A stretch of 64,000 bases of DNA, from assembly GCA_051294375.1 (NCBI GenBank), contig CM119264.1, positions 30,756,091 to 30,820,090 of the forward strand, read 5' to 3'. Shown here one piece after another: positions 27,153 to 41,130 of this stretch; positions within the stretch are counted from its first letter, which is position 1; every line of letters starts with the position of its first letter. A program made the translations under genes and the position numbers. The notes under the pieces were generated by a model. The model saw only the letters and a list, made by a program, of their open reading frames with translations. It did not search any database and was not told where the DNA came from. This stretch comes from Paraspadella gotoi. Its lineage: Eukaryota; Animalia; Chaetognatha.

Positions 27153-29439
27153 AAAAGTAATCGTGAACTTCGTCGCTTGTTTGGTTATCATGACTTAATA
27201 ACTATGTTTAACAATCGGAGAAAGAATTTTATTTCTAAGATTTATTCCTTTAAAAATTCCATTCTTAAGGGCTTGTGTGAGATTGTTTCCTCTCACGCTA
27301 ATGGAGACTATCTTCCAAACGTCTCCCGCTCCTGTTTAACATGGGCTTCTTGAAGAATAAGAATTTTGTAGTCTCGAGAAACTTTAATATGAAAAAAAAA
27401 CACCGGAAAACCGTAAAACGGGATTTTGAAGCAGGAACGACGTTTCTTCATGAGTCGAAAATTAGGACTAAAGATTCGTCTCTTCTCTCTCCAAATTTCG
27501 GTGAAAATTGGTCTGAACGCGACACAGATAGTTCAAGTGAGAGAAAGAGAGAGAGACGGAAAATTATAGACATGCGAGGGGTACTATTTTCTTCAGCTTG
27601 ATTCCCTTTTTTATGACATGAAAACAATTTTAAATATTGTTTACTTTAGTATCATTATTATTCTTTCTCTCTCCCCCTTCTTTTAAACGTATTTTTCAGA
27701 CTTATGTATGAATGTTTTGTTTGTTTTTTTGTACTGAATCAACCATGTTGCATTCTTATAAAAACGCTTATATAAATTGTGGCAAATGGCATTAAATCAA
27801 AATTTAATTTTTCCCTCAATTCGTCTATAGGTTTTTCAAAAGACTCTTTTAAACCACTTTACGTTATTATAACATTAGGTTACCTTCTAAAAAATGCTTA
27901 ATTAATCATTCGTACCTAAGTAACGTTACCTTAAAAAGTAAAAGTTCTTGACCTGACCGTGAAAATGTTATGAAAAAATACTAATGTTTTTTTATCGATT
28001 TTCTCCAAATAGTTTATTTGGAAGAGAATTCGACATTTAAAGTTGCCCTGAATTGTCTGAATGGCTTATTGATTGAAATGAAACTCTTGCAAGAAAGATC
28101 GATTCCTTTATTCGTTGAAAGGATTTTACTATTTAGTTATTTTTATTTATTCATTTTAAAACATTCTTTTTTTAATAAAGTGCAGCCACGCCCACTCACG
28201 ATTTCGACGTGTTGATGATGGCATCGTTTTCGAAGAGAGACTTCAGACTTAAAGCGGGCGAAGCTTTTCCCAGCGAAAGATTATCACGAAGCGTGGGCGA
28301 ATTTCTGTGAAAGCGTGAAAGGGATCATCGCTTGGAATAAATAGGAATTCACAACAGCCAGCGGGGCTTTGGTAAGGAATTGCTTCAACCGTTCAAGATT
28401 AGAAAAAAAAGGATCTTTATTACAATGTATGTGTGACACTTCTGAATTTACAGTTTTTTAACGGAAAAATTAAAACTGTGAATGATAAAAGTCATAATTA
28501 TCAAAGAAATTATTAGAAAGCCCAACTTAGTACGAACTATGTAGTTATATAGAAATATAGCTATATAGCTATTAGCTAATCTCAAAAATTTTTAACGGTT
28601 GTACGGACGCCATCAAAACTATCACAACGACTGTCACAAAATCGGAAATCTGAAACAAACATTACAGACAAGCTTACCTATCACAAAATCTATCACTAAT
28701 CAAGGGATGTCGTAGTAGGAAACTTTCCGAAATAATTTGAGACAATCACAACGCGACAACCTATCACAGTTTTTATCACAAATCAAGTTGTCTAAAACTG
28801 TCGCAACACTTTAACAAAACCCCGATCTATCACAAATTCTCTCATCTACTCCGCGAAACTCGTCGGTCAGGCTATCGCAACACCTCTCTCTCTATCACAA
28901 AGCCCACTATCATCACTCAAACCCACTTGGTAGGAATCTTTCTCGCTCCGACAATGATGAGAACGTTGAAGACAAAAACCAAAGCGATGGGCAGAATTCT
29001 CGCGCTCAGAGTTTTGATCCAGGGTTCGACGTTGGTGAGAAAGATGAGATCTTTGCTCGTGTAAGCGCAGTGACCAGAGTCGCCTAAAGATTTGAATGTC
29101 CCGCGGAGACGAAGGCCGGATAGAGCTGAGGAGGAGGGGAGGATATTAAAGAGATGGGAGGATAGACTAAGGATAGTTGACAAGTCTGAACTCAACCGCC
29201 ATCAAGCTGACCAAGCACCAAGCGTTCTTAACTCACGCCAAGCTTTCTAACCACGAAGCGAACTTATAGTCCCCAACTTACCTGACACCACACATTTTTA
29301 TACGCCATCAAGCGTATTAACCCGCAACGAAACAGCTTCATCCGCCACCAAGCAAACCAAGCGGCGGCAAACATGCAAGCTCGTTCCTGACCAAGCTATC
29401 CAGACAAGTCACCTAACCTTCCAACTAATATCTTCACTC

Positions 29440-30200
29440 GCTATTAAGCATTCTCTATCCCAAAGTCAAGCATTTCTCTCACCCCACCCTTCTACCCAAG
29501 CATTCTCTCACCCCACCCTTCTACCCAAAGCAATTCTCGCACCCCACCCTTCTACCAAGCATTCTCTCACCCCACCCTTCTCCAAGCATTCTCTCACCAC
29601 CCCTTTTCACCAAGCATTCTCTCACCCCACCCGTCTACAAGCATTCTTCGCCACCCAACCCTTCTACCAAGCATTCTCTCACCCCACCCTTCTACCAAGC
29701 ATTCTTCACCAACCATCTACCAAGCATTCTCCACCCCACCCTTCGTACCAATCAATATCTCACCCCACCCTTCTACCACCATTCTCTCGCCCACCTTCTA
29801 CCAAAGCATTCTGCCCACCCCCACCCTTCTACCAAGCATTCTCTCACCCACCCTTCTACCAAGCATTTCTTCCACCCCAACCCTTCTACCAAACATCTCC
29901 TTTACCCCACCATTCTACCAAGCATTCTCCCTACCCCCACCTTCTACAAGCATGTCTTTCACCCCATCCTTCTACCAAGATTTTCTCACCCCCACCCTTC
30001 TCCAAGCATTTCTCCCCTACCCCACCCTTCTTACAAGCTTTCTTCACCCACCCTTCTACCATGCATTCTTCCCACCCCACCCTTCTACCAAGCATTCTCT
30101 AAACCCATCCTTCTACTAAGCCATTCTCTCACCCCACCCTTCTACCAAGCATTCTCCCTTACCCCACCCTTCTACAAGCAATCTTCTTCACCCGCCACCC
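29440..30200 (+). repeat. 28-bp minisatellite (ccaagcattctctcaccccacccttcta), about 26 copies; mirror array at about 31080-32120
   Basis: Unit visible directly. The period is not a multiple of 3, so the P/H-rich ORFs over it are spurious. Confidence 0.92.
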
Positions 30201-30399
30201 AAGCAGACGGAGCTGATGATGATCGCCGCGTTTCGTCTCACGCAAAATCTTCGCCTCTGAAGAGGAAACCAGATGACGACGAATCTCTCGACGGCGACGA
30301 AGACGACGATCCAATTGGCGGCGAGCTCGAGGCAGCGAGGGGACACGTTGAGGACGCCGCAGAGGAAATCGCTGCGTGGAGAGGAGGGTGGGAGTTGAA

Positions 30400-30870
30400 T
30401 GCTTGGCTATTCGTCTCTAGTAGGGCGTTGCCATATGTTCACACTGTGAACTATATCGCAACGGCCCTGCAGAGACGGAATAAGCCATTAATTCCTAGGC
30501 GAGGTGAACTATCATCGCATAACGCCCTTACAGACTGGAATAGCCAATATTCAGGCAGGTAAACATATTGCAACGCCTACTAGAGACCAAATAGCCAATA
30601 ATTCCAGGCAGGGTGAACTTATCGCAACGCCCTTCTAGAGACAATACCAATAATACACGGCAGGTGGACATATCGGCAACGCCCTGCTAGAGACGGATTA
30701 GCCAATAATTCCAAGCAGGGTGAACTTATTCGCAACGCCCCTACTAGAGACGAATAGCCAATAATTCCAGTCAGGGTGAACCAATTGGCAACCTACTAGA
30801 GACGAATAGCCAATAATTTCCAGGGCAGGGTAACATATATCGCAACACCTACTAGAGACAATAGCCAAGC
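30400..30870. repeat. Minisatellite of about 54 bp (cagggtgaacatatcgcaacgccctactagagacgaatagccaataattccagg) at the palindrome centre
   Basis: About 8 noisy copies on + from 30445, one reversed copy at 30403-30444, and a further reversed fragment at 45688-45713. Confidence 0.88.
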
Positions 30871-32831
30871 CATTAACTCCCACCCTCCACGCCGCGATTT
30901 CGCTCTGCGGCGTCCTCAACGGTTGTCCCCTCGCTGCCTCGAGCTCGCCGCCATTGGATCGTCGTCTTCGTCGCCGTCGAGAGATTCGTCGTCATCTGGT
31001 TTCCTCTTCAGAGGCGAAGATTTTGCCGTGACGACCGAAACCGCTCGCGATTCATCATCAGTCTGTACTTGCTGGTGGCGGGTGAGAAGATGCCTGGTAG
31101 AAGGGTGGGTAGGGAGAGAATGCTTGTGAAGGGATCCGGGTAGAGGTGCTTGTAGAAAGATGGGGTAGAGTATGCTTGTAAAGGGTTGGCGGTGGGAGAA
31201 TGCATGGTAGATAAGGTGGGGTGAGAGATGCTTCGGTAGACAGGGTGGGGTCAGGAGAATGCGGGGAGAAGGGTGTGGGTCGAGAGAATGCTGGGTAGAA
31301 GGGGGATGAGAGACATGCTTCGGGTAGGAGGGCTGCGGTAGGGAGAATCTTGGTAGAATGGTGGGGTAGAGAATGTTTGGTAGCAAGGGTGCGGGTGGAA
31401 GAATGCTTGGTAGAAGGGTGGGGTGAGAGAACGCATATATAGTGTTAGAATGGGGGGTGAGATATGCTTGGTAGAAGGGTGGGGTGGGAAGAATGGCTGT
31501 GGTAGAGGGGGGTGAAGAAGCTTTGTAGAAGGTGGCGGCTAGGGAGAATGCCTTGGGAGAAGGGTTGGGGTGAGAAAATCTTGGTAGAAGGATGGGTGAA
31601 AAGGACATGCTTTGGTAGAGAGGTGGGGGTAGGGAGAATGCTTGGTAGAATTGGTGGGTAAAGGAATGTTTTAGAGGTGGGGAGAATGCTGGTTAAGGGG
31701 TGTGAGAGAATGCTTGGTAGAAGGTGTGGGTGAGAGAATGCTTGGTAGAAGGGGGTGGGCAATGTTTGTAGAATGGAAGAATGGTGGTAGAAGGGTGGGT
31801 GAGATATTGATTGGTAGAAGGTGTGGGTGGAGAATGCTTGGTAGATGTTGGTGAAGAATGCATTGTAGACAGGGTGGGGTGAGAGAATGCTTGGTAGACA
31901 GGGTTGGGTGACGAAATGCTGTAGACGGGTGGGGTGAGAGAATGGCTTGGTGAAAAGGGTGGTGGGAGCTGGAGAAGGTTGGGGTGAGAGGTGCTGGTAG
32001 AAGGCTGGGTAGGCAGGTGAGAGATTGCTTTGGGTAGAAGGGTGGTATCATGTGAGAGAATGCTTGGTAGAAGGGTGGGGTGAGAAGAAATGCTTGACGT
32101 TGGTGATAGAGAATGCTTGGTAGCGGAATGAAGATATTAGTTGGGAAGGTATGGTGACTTGTCTGGATAGCTTGGTCAGGAACGAGCTTGCACTGTTTGC
32201 CGCGCTTGGTTTTGCTTGGTGGCGGGTGAAGCTGTTTCGTTGCTGGTTAAGTTGCTGAATGGCGTATAAAAAGTGTGGTGGGAAGGTAAGTTGGGACTAA
32301 AGTTTCGCTTCGTGGTTTAGGAAAGCTTGCGCGTGAGTTATAAGAACGCTTGGTGCTTGGTCAGTTGATGGCGGTTGAGTTCCAGGACTTGTCAACTATC
32401 CTTAGTCTATTCCTCCCATCTCTTTAATATCCTCCCCTCCTCCTCCTCAGCTCTATCCGGCCTTCGTCTGCGCGAACATTCAAATCTTAGGCGACTTCTG
32501 TCACTGCGCTTACACGAGCAAAGATCTCATCTTCTCCACCCAACGTCGAACCCTGGATCAAACTCTGGAGCGCGAAATCTCTGCCCATCGCTTGGTTTTT
32601 GTCTTCAATCGTTCTTCATTGTCGGAGCGAGAAAGATTCCTACCAAGTGGGTGGTGAGTTGAATGATAGTGGGTTTCTGTGAGCTAGAGAGAGAGGAGGT
32701 GTTGCGATAGCCTGACCGAGAGTTTCGCGGAGTAGATGAGAGAGATTTGTGAGTAGATCGGGGTTTTGTTAAAGTTGTTGCCGACAGTTTTTGATTGTGA
32801 TTGTCTTAAATGATTTCGGAAAGTTTCCTAC

Positions 32832-33076
32832 TGTGGACGCAACAAGTTTCAGAGTAAGATATGATTTATTACTTTCAACAACGGTTATAAAACAATAACA
32901 GTCAAAATGCTCAGATGCTAACGTCTATTACGAATGTATTTACAAAGGTCCAACCTCTGACCATAAAGGTCAACCGGTTTTGACCATAAATAAGTTTGGG
33001 GGTAAAGAGCGAGGTTAAGGTTGTTAAAGTCATGTCGGTTTGACCACAGGTGTGTGTTCTATATGTTTCGTCCACA
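32832..33076 (-). mobile_element. 3' LTR (245 bp) of a Ty3/Gypsy retrotransposon
   Basis: TGTGGACG...CGTCCACA, a perfect 8-bp terminal inverted repeat. AATAAA on the minus strand at about 32865-32870. Adjacent purine tract aggtgggggtggatg on the minus strand (33077-33091). Confidence 0.9.
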
Positions 33077-36000
33077 CATCCACCCCCACCTAAGCTCTTT
33101 GACCGGCGTGGGGAGAAGGCTTGAAAAGGTTTTTGGATTGCCGTCGTCTACGTTTTCGTCGTCGTTTTCCGGCGGCTGCAAGCATCGTCGGCAAGGACTG
33201 ATAAGACCCGGATGATGAAGAGTTGTCGCACGAAGAATCTCGCGGCGTCGTGGGAAACGCGTGCGAAGTGGCCGCCGCCTTCCGTTTCTGGAGGCGGGGC
33301 ATAGATGGAGCTGCTTGAGAGCCGTCGACCATGGGTCGCGCCTGCGGGTGGATCAGGGAGTGCAACTTCGTTTCGTGGGACGGGCTTGCTGAAGCACGCG
33401 GGCGACCACGTGGTTCGCGCCTTGCGGTGGTTCAGTGGTGCGACTTCGTCTGTGACGGGCAGGTTTCCAGTCGATCAACGGAGATCACTTTCTACGTCAC
33501 GCGGCCGGTCTATTTCGATTTGAAAGTTTTCTGGGACCACCGTCATGAGGACCGTTGTAGAGGGCCGTCGTTAAGGGTGTGTTGGACGGCGTCGAATGTC
33601 CGCGCGTTCGGACGTAGACGCGTCCGCGTCAGCGAGCATTTCCGGCACATTGAGAGGGTGGCGCCGCATGGCCAAGCGGCGGGGGCGAGAGGCTGCATGG
33701 AGGCAACATCTGCACGGAGATTGTCGATTTGTCGGGCGCGCGGCGGTCTGTCGACAGTCGGTTGTGTGGACCAAGTAGCTCTCCGGGAGTCTGAGTTCAG
33801 TAGTCCTACTCTATCCCGAGCGTTAGCTCTTGCGGGGAGGCGTCCGAATCTTCTCGCGGGAGTAAGTTGCGCGAGCTCAAGAGAGTCCCCTATGGAAGCT
33901 GCGCCAGCCAGTTTATGTCCCGGCGGCGTCGCAGGCTCGGCACGCGCGGCGCAGGGTGCCTTTAGCGTCCGATGAAGCGCCGGACCATCCGTTGGAACAT
34001 CTGGGCGTGGTGCTGGTGTCGCATGCGGAAGGGTCGAAGCCAACTACCGCCGCCCTTGGCGCCCACAATTCCTCGCATTCGTGAATGGCGCCACGATGCG
34101 GTGGGTGACAACGGAGGGGCGCCAAAAGCGATGAGACCCAAGTCTTTGCAAGATAGGGCGGCACGGATACGGCGGCGACGGGGGTGTCACGGAAGTGGTG
34201 CGTTCCGGCCAGCCGCGTGAAGCGGTCAATCATCGTCAGAGATGAGTATGACCAGAAGACGGTGGCAGCGGTCCCCACCAGGTCAGAATGACGTGAGCGA
34301 ACGTTTGGCTGGTGGTTTGAATTTCTGGAGCGCGCCTCCGGAACGTGGGCTGCGTCTTGGCGCGCTGAACAAAGTTGTCGCATGACGCTGCCCATCGTGC
34401 CGATGTCGGCATTCTGAGCGCTGGATGGCCATACGTACAAGCGCCGTCGTCACGAGCTTTTTGGATGCGCGAACTCGATGAGCGATGCCATGGGTTGCGC
34501 GTCGAAAAGCGCCGCCGCCATTGACGCTGAACAAGTGGGCGTGCCCGGGAGCCGCGAGACATCACAAGATAGTGGTTCGTGTTGCTGATCCGGGACAGTT
34601 TCTGAGGACGGATCGCCGTCATGACGGGTCGTTGAGAGCGCTGGACATCGTCGTCAGTCGGCTTGCGCTCAGCCGCATTGCCCTCCGAGAGTTGCATCGG
34701 AGTCGCGCCGTGACGGCAGGCTGAGACTGGGGTGGCCGGCACATGTCCTCACGCTCTTTCCTGGCGTATTCGAGCCGCTTCAGGTCCGATCTGACGTTTG
34801 GCGGTGCTGGCGGAGGAGGGCTGCGCCGGGGCGGGAGAGGGTCCGTCGGCGACGACGTTCGCCTTCCCGGCGTTATTGACGGCATGTCGCCGGCTAGTAT
34901 GTCGCGATGCCGCCAACACGTCTGCCGGCGTGCGTCCGCTTCTATCGGTCTGTTGTGAGGTTCTGCCTTCTTCCGTCTAGCGCCGGCCAGCGAGAATGTG
35001 ATCGCTGAAACAGCGTGAACACATCCCTTCGACATGATGGGCGGATAATGGTCGGATTGCGAATGCATGAAGCAGCGAGAGCTCCGTCGAATGCGGCATT
35101 TTACGTCTGGGTTTGGTTCAGTGGTTTGGAGTGGAGACCAAAGTTGCCACGGCCTTCGACGAGCTGTTCCGAGACGGCGCCGACGGCGACGTCGGAGGAT
35201 CGACTTGTCAGGGCGAAGAGGGGCGCCGATTCCGAATCGGAATGGACCCAGCCTATAATGTGGGACGTCGGCGAGGGCGTCTGGATTGCCTGGAAGGCTC
35301 GGCGTCTTGCTGTGGCGCCGTCCATTTTAGCCTGCGCGCGTTTTCCGCGTGAACTTCAAGTGGAGAGGGTCGAGATTGATGTCGCAGCGTTGGGGCAACA
35401 ATTGCAGATAGTATTTTTGAAAAACTCCCCAAGAAACGTTTTGAAGTCTTTGGACACTGTGGGCGTGGCCATCTCACGTAATGCCTCTACCTTCGACGGA
35501 AAGAGGGCGGACCGCCATCCTTGTTCAACGTTAGTAGCCCCAGAAACTCCTAGGGGAGGGCAACCGAGAAAACGCAACTGATTAGCCTTGACTTACGGCC
35601 AGCGATCTTGTACAATGACTGTGCGTCTTGACGTTGAACGATAAGCGTTGGTCGGCGGATAGCGCGTTTGAAGACGCGCTTTGAGGTAGTTTGAGTAATT
35701 GGCAAGCACATTAGCAGAGGTCCAGCCATCTTAGAGTTACAAGTCGAAAGGTGACCGATGCGTCCGGTGTCTGTAGGTGTCACCGGAGGACAATGACGAG
35801 CCCCGTGCGCTAGAGAACAACTTTGGGGTCCATCATGCGTTTGGAAATCCTGGCGGCGTTTTTTGTTCAACCCAAACGGCATGAAGAGGAAAACTCATAA
35901 AGTATCAAAGTAGTACTTCCGAACGGCGATGATGATCAGCCGTTTGTGTGGCGATCTTCTTTCGCGACGCTAGGGATTCTGATGATATCCCTGGCAAGGG

Positions 36001-36600
36001 CGATCTCGAGCGAGGACTGTCTTCCCCGACGGTCGGCCGTTGAGAGTCCCATGAGGTCGACGGTGCTCGTCGATCCCACGACCGCCTCATCGTTAGACGA
36101 TCGTCGGACCGGTGGTGACGCCTTTGACGGCGTCGGTAAGTCCCACATGGGACGCGGAAGAGAGCCACTCTGGTTTCGGGTGACGGTGCTAGCTGGCGCA
36201 CGCCCACGCAAGCGGTTTGAGCGATCGGAATAATCCCGATTCCAGCATTTTTCTCGACAACTCGGCCCTTGGCAGGCGGACGAGCTGATCGGCGGGCGGC
36301 GCAGGGCGCGAGGGCAGCAGCTACAAAAGGACGACACGAACGTGTTAACGGGCCGCGGACCTCTCGCTGGTTAATGTGAATGCTCTCTGACTGCCGTGCT
36401 GGGTGGGGCGCCGAGTTGAGTAGGACTTAGTTTTCGGTTATTCCCCGGGTCCCGCCCGTCGAGGATAGTCCGGGAAGTAGCGCACTCCCGCGCGGACGTG
36501 TCCAGGAACGGAGGGCCCGGCGCCAGCCGGCAGCGACTGTACGCAGAGCACGAGTCCGGTTCATGACCATGTAGCGTCGAGACGCAGAAGTTGAATTCGC
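33077..36600 (-). mobile_element. pol: Ty3/Gypsy pol (PR-RT-RNase H-IN), heavily frameshifted; gag and 5' LTR not seen
   Basis: Minus-strand motifs in Gypsy order: FLDTSA (protease-like, about 36500), MPFGL (about 35880), FLG...PSKVEALREMATP...FKTFLG, SDVAVGAV.EQLVEG (RNase H), GKANVVAD (about 34860), GPLPPSSG and LTMIDRFTR (integrase, about 34220-34285). Confidence 0.9.
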
Positions 36601-38279
36601 GGCCGTGTGATCACCGCCCCCGACTCCGATGAGACCTCCCCCATCCAAAAAAAGACCGCCGCCCTCGATGATTATGGGTTCTAAAATTCGTCGCGGTGGT
36701 TCCTCGAGAGTCTGCCGTCCGGACCATGTTGGAAGCTGCCAACAGGCCCCTTAATTGACACTTTCCTTCCGGCAACTCGCGCGACGGATGCATTGTCCGA
36801 AGGAATGAAAGAGGAGGAAAAACGCGTTTTCCCAATCTAAATCCCCAAGAATCATCTACGTAAAGATGCCGAAAGAATGGGTGCGGAGGGAAGGAGAAGT
36901 GGCGTATTCCTAGTCGCGAGAGGAGGGCAGGGGAAAGAGAGGATAAGAAAGATAAGAAAGAGACGGGCAGGTTTAGCGGCGGGGGAGGGCTAACAGAGAG
37001 AGTGAGGAGAAAACCAGGGAGAGCGCGGTAGAGGAGGAAGTTGGGGCAAGGAAGAAGAGGAAAGGGATGGGGAAAAGGAGTATACGAAAAGGAGACAGAG
37101 AGGAAGCACACGAGGGACTGGAAGGAAGCAAGAGACAACGAGAAAAAGGACAAAGGGATGGGAGGAAACGAGAGGAAAAGACGAGGAGGGAAAGGAATGG
37201 GAGGAAAGAGAAAAAGAGAGGAAGGAAAGGGATGGGAGGAAAGAGAGAGAGAGAGGAGAGGACACAAAGAGAGTGGACAAGAGAGAGAAAAAAGGAAGGA
37301 TAAGGTTGAAGACGAGGGCAGGAGAAGACGAGAGAAAGAGAGCAGGAGAGAAAGGGCTGGAAGGAAAGTGTAAAAGAGCAGTAAGGAAAGGGATGGGAGG
37401 CACCAGCAAAAAAAGAGCAAGAAGGAAAGGCATGGGAGGAAATTAGAAAAGAAAGAAGAAGGTGAAAGGTGGAAATGGGGAGGAAAATCCCGAGAAAAAA
37501 GAGAGAAAGTTGTGCAAAGGGGATGGGAGGAAAGCAGAGTGGAGGAAAGAGAGAGAAGAAAGGAACGAACAAGAGGATGGGAGGAAGAGACAGAGAAGAA
37601 AGAAAGGAAAGAGGAGTGGAGGAAAAGAGAGAAACAGAGGAAGGAAAGGTGATAAGGAAAGAGAGAAAAAGAGGAAGAAGGAAAGGGATGGGAGTGAGAA
37701 AAAGGAGAGAGAAGAGAGGAAGGAAGGGAGCCAGTGGAGTGGGAAAGAGAAAAAGAGAGGGAAGGAAAGCGATGCGAAGGAAAAGAAAAGAGAGGAAGGA
37801 AAGTAATTTCAGGCAAAGTCTGATGGGAGCGGAAAGTAGCCGAGGAAAGAGAAGAGGAAAGGCCAAAAAGGAGCTGGTAGGAAACGCTTGAGTCCGACTA
37901 TAAATAGGCAGAAAAGGGTGGATACATGGAAAGGATACAAAGAGAAAAAGGAAAAGCATCACAAGATTAAAAAGGGTACGCAAAAGAAATCATATATATA
38001 GCGCTTTTCAAAAAGAAAAACTATATTTTAAGAGTTGTCATTAAAAAAACTTCATCCTATATGTCAAATATGTTTTTTTTTTTATTCAGAAATAATAAAA
38101 ACAAGGTTACATAAATAACGTAAAGTTGATTGTATTAGTTAAAGTCAGTAGTTTATAGTTTATTAATTAAATGTGGGAAAAAATAAGGAAAGAAAGAAAG
38201 GAAAGGAAAGAGAAAAAAAAGGAAAGGGAAAGAACAGGAAAGGAAAGGAAAGGAAAAGAAAGAAAGGGAATGACGCACC

Positions 38280-40634
38280 TAACAGAAGCTCGATTACAGA
38301 GAGTACGGCGAGAGGATGGAGCGTCAGGCCTCTGAAGCCCGCCGCCGTCGAGACGAGAACCAACTTCCCAGGCCAAGCGGAAATGTTCGTCCTTAGTCGA
38401 GGGTTCAGAGAGCGGCCCGACCCAAACAGTAGGAAGAATAAGAGACTTCGAGTAGCCGCTGGTAATGGAAGTTTGAAAGGAAAAAAGGAAAAAGAAAAGG
38501 CACAGAAAATCAGTAGCCAGGGAAAAGGAAGGAAAAGAAAAAAAAAGAAGGAAGAAGAAAAGAAGCGAAAAGGAAAGGAAGGAAGAAAGGAAAGGAAAGA
38601 AAAGGAAAGGAAAGGAAAGGAAAGGAAACCAGGAAAAGAAAAGAAAAGACAACATGAAAGAAGAGATAAAAAAAAGACCCGAAAAAGGAAAGGACAAAGA
38701 AAAGAAAGAAAAGAAAGGCGAGACCGGGAAGAACACAGATAGCCCGGCCAAAGAAGACAACCAAGGGCAAGAGATATAGAGAAAGCAAAAGAAACAAGAA
38801 AGACCAAGGAGAGGAAAGGAAAGGACAGACGCGGAGGAGGAAAGGAAAGCAAAAAGACGATTAAAAATGAACCGGTATTAGAGAGAAAAAACCGGAATGA
38901 GGTGCCAGATGAGTAAAAAATAGCAAGGGGCAAGAGGAAGAAGATATAAAACGAAGAAATATTAAAAAGAGCGACATCTAGGAACCGGCGACGAAAGCGA
39001 AATTCAAAATAAATTATACTGAAGGGCCAGTTTTGATTGAAGAATTAATAAAAGAGATTTTGGAGACAAGTTTTCCTTTTTCGCTGCCCTTCAGATTCAC
39101 ATAGTAGAAAAAAAAAGAAGGGAATAGAATCAACGTAAAAACTAATCCTTTGTCTCTTTGAATTAAATGAGAGACATAACATGTTCGACCGGTTCAGCAA
39201 TCGTAATGTTTTCCACCGATCGAGTCCCCATATTTTAGTGGCCCACCAGTGTTGAAACCGCAGTGCCCTTTCATACAAATTTTAAAGTTCTCAAATGTGT
39301 TATGCCCCCAGGCCCCCGCAATATAATTCTGCGTTTCAGTACTTAGTTTTAGATGTAGTTCAGGTGTTAGAGAATAAACGAAGCCAACTTGGGCTGTGCC
39401 CCATGATAGCGCGAGTCTTGCGGTATCAGCTATGTAATGATATTATCTTGTGGGAAGAAAGAACCGGCATAGGTTAGCTTAGAAATTATTTTCAAAGCGT
39501 GGCCTGGGTGTTCGCGGTTGTGGCCGCGGAGCGGGGTACCATCACAGGATATTAAATCTACTGTCTACTTTACTTAAATGGTACCAATCTCATAAAATAA
39601 TAAAATAAGGACATGAAGTGGTATGATCGAATGATGGAAAAATATTTAGTCAGGGTCTTACTCCAATCATTTGATCGATCTCTATCCCTCGGACCTCCTC
39701 ATACTTTCGGCAACGCCCTAAAATTCTGCGTTAATGGTTGGGCGCCGTTGTGCTGCGCCAGTTGCGCTGCTCGCATGGGCGCTGCTGTTAGGGGCGTGCA
39801 TGTGTGGACGCGCGCTTGCGGTTGGGCGCGGCCGAGCGCGGTTGCCGTCGGAACTCGCGTTTCGCGTAGGAGGCATGGGCGGCCCGCGAGAAGATCCCAG
39901 GGTGCTTGCCGACTTTCATCTAGAAGCTTCGCAGTTGGCTCGTCCTCGCTGTGGCCTCACGAAAAGTGACGGCGTTCACCGAGGAGAGTGTCGGAAGCGT
40001 CGGTCGAGCTGCGGAGGGTGCTGGTCAGCTAGAGGTTTGTGTTCGAATGTTCCGTTCTGTGGTGCGAGGAGGGAAAAATTCGTCCGGCGTCGCTTTGGCG
40101 ATTGTCGGGCGGGTTTTATAGCCTTCCTGACAGCCAGTGGTTTCCCTGTACGCTTTGATGGGAGGCGAGGCAGCCAAAGATGGGCGAGCCTTTGATGTTG
40201 TCTCTGGAGACCTTTCCAGACCGGCCGTCGGATAGCGGCTGATGGGTGTGGGAAGCGAGTACCGCCTTTCAAGTGACGTCAGTCTTCCAAGCGGCCTTTG
40301 CGGCCACGTGATCCACATCTGTTGGCGTCCCTCTTCACCCCATTCGCGAGATTTTCCCTAGCAACGTGCGTGTTGATTCAGTCGCCGAGAACGACTCCAA
40401 AATTATTTTGTCTAAAGTAATGTTTTTTCCCGCACCCCAAAGAAAAAACTGTTTCTCGATCGACAAAGATCATTTATTTTTTAAGAGAAGAGGCGAGAGA
40501 GATCATCGCCGGCTTCCCTCTCCTTCCTTCTGTCATAACTCGGCCGGAACCAATGTTGGAAATTATTAGCCGCTTTTTTAGCCGGTGAACCGGGAGATTG
40601 CTCTCTCTCTTGCTTCGCTCTCTCTCTCTCTGCT

Positions 40635-40674
<40 letters not shown>

Positions 40675-41073
40675 CTCCTTCTCTCCTCTCTCTCCCTTTC
40701 TGGCTCCTCAAGGAGTGATTCTCCTCTCACATCAAGTCGGGATGGGCGCTGAAAGAAGGTGATTCCAAGTCTCATAAAAAATACCCATTAAGTTCACCCC
40801 AACTTCTTTTTTTTCTTCCAACTTTGGGTCTACAGCGAAGTTCCTTTTCTCTTTTATTTCCCCCCCCTCTCTTCACCTTCACTCCCTTTCTACTCTAATT
40901 CACCTTTCACTGCCCAGGAAGCTCACTGTCTTCACCTTCCCACCGCCTCGACCGCGCTTCACCCCTCACCCTTCACCCGCTCCTCCTTCACATCTTGGGT
41001 CACCGAGTTTTTTCCAATAGTCAATTTTACTACCGCTAGTCGTATTCTCTCTCTCTCTCTCTCTCTCTCTACT

Positions 41074-41130
<57 letters not shown>

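Larger units (their letters stand above)
28714..32831. repeat. Giant inverted repeat 3: arms about 28714-30444 and 30830-32831
   Basis: gtaggaaactttccgaaa (about 28715) vs tttcggaaagtttcctac (ending 32831). 30250-30345 mirrors 30925-31025. The right arm is much noisier. Confidence 0.95.

Noticed and set aside
30445-30870. CRISPR-like look of the 54-bp array (also the 28-, 74- and 18-bp arrays)
   Set aside because: Units are head-to-tail without unique spacers, variation is indel noise, no cas genes are seen and the context is eukaryotic.
36611-37983. Long 401-aa and 336-aa hydrophobic ORFs
   Set aside because: They come from purine-rich low-complexity, probably low-quality sequence that lacks stops on the pyrimidine strand.
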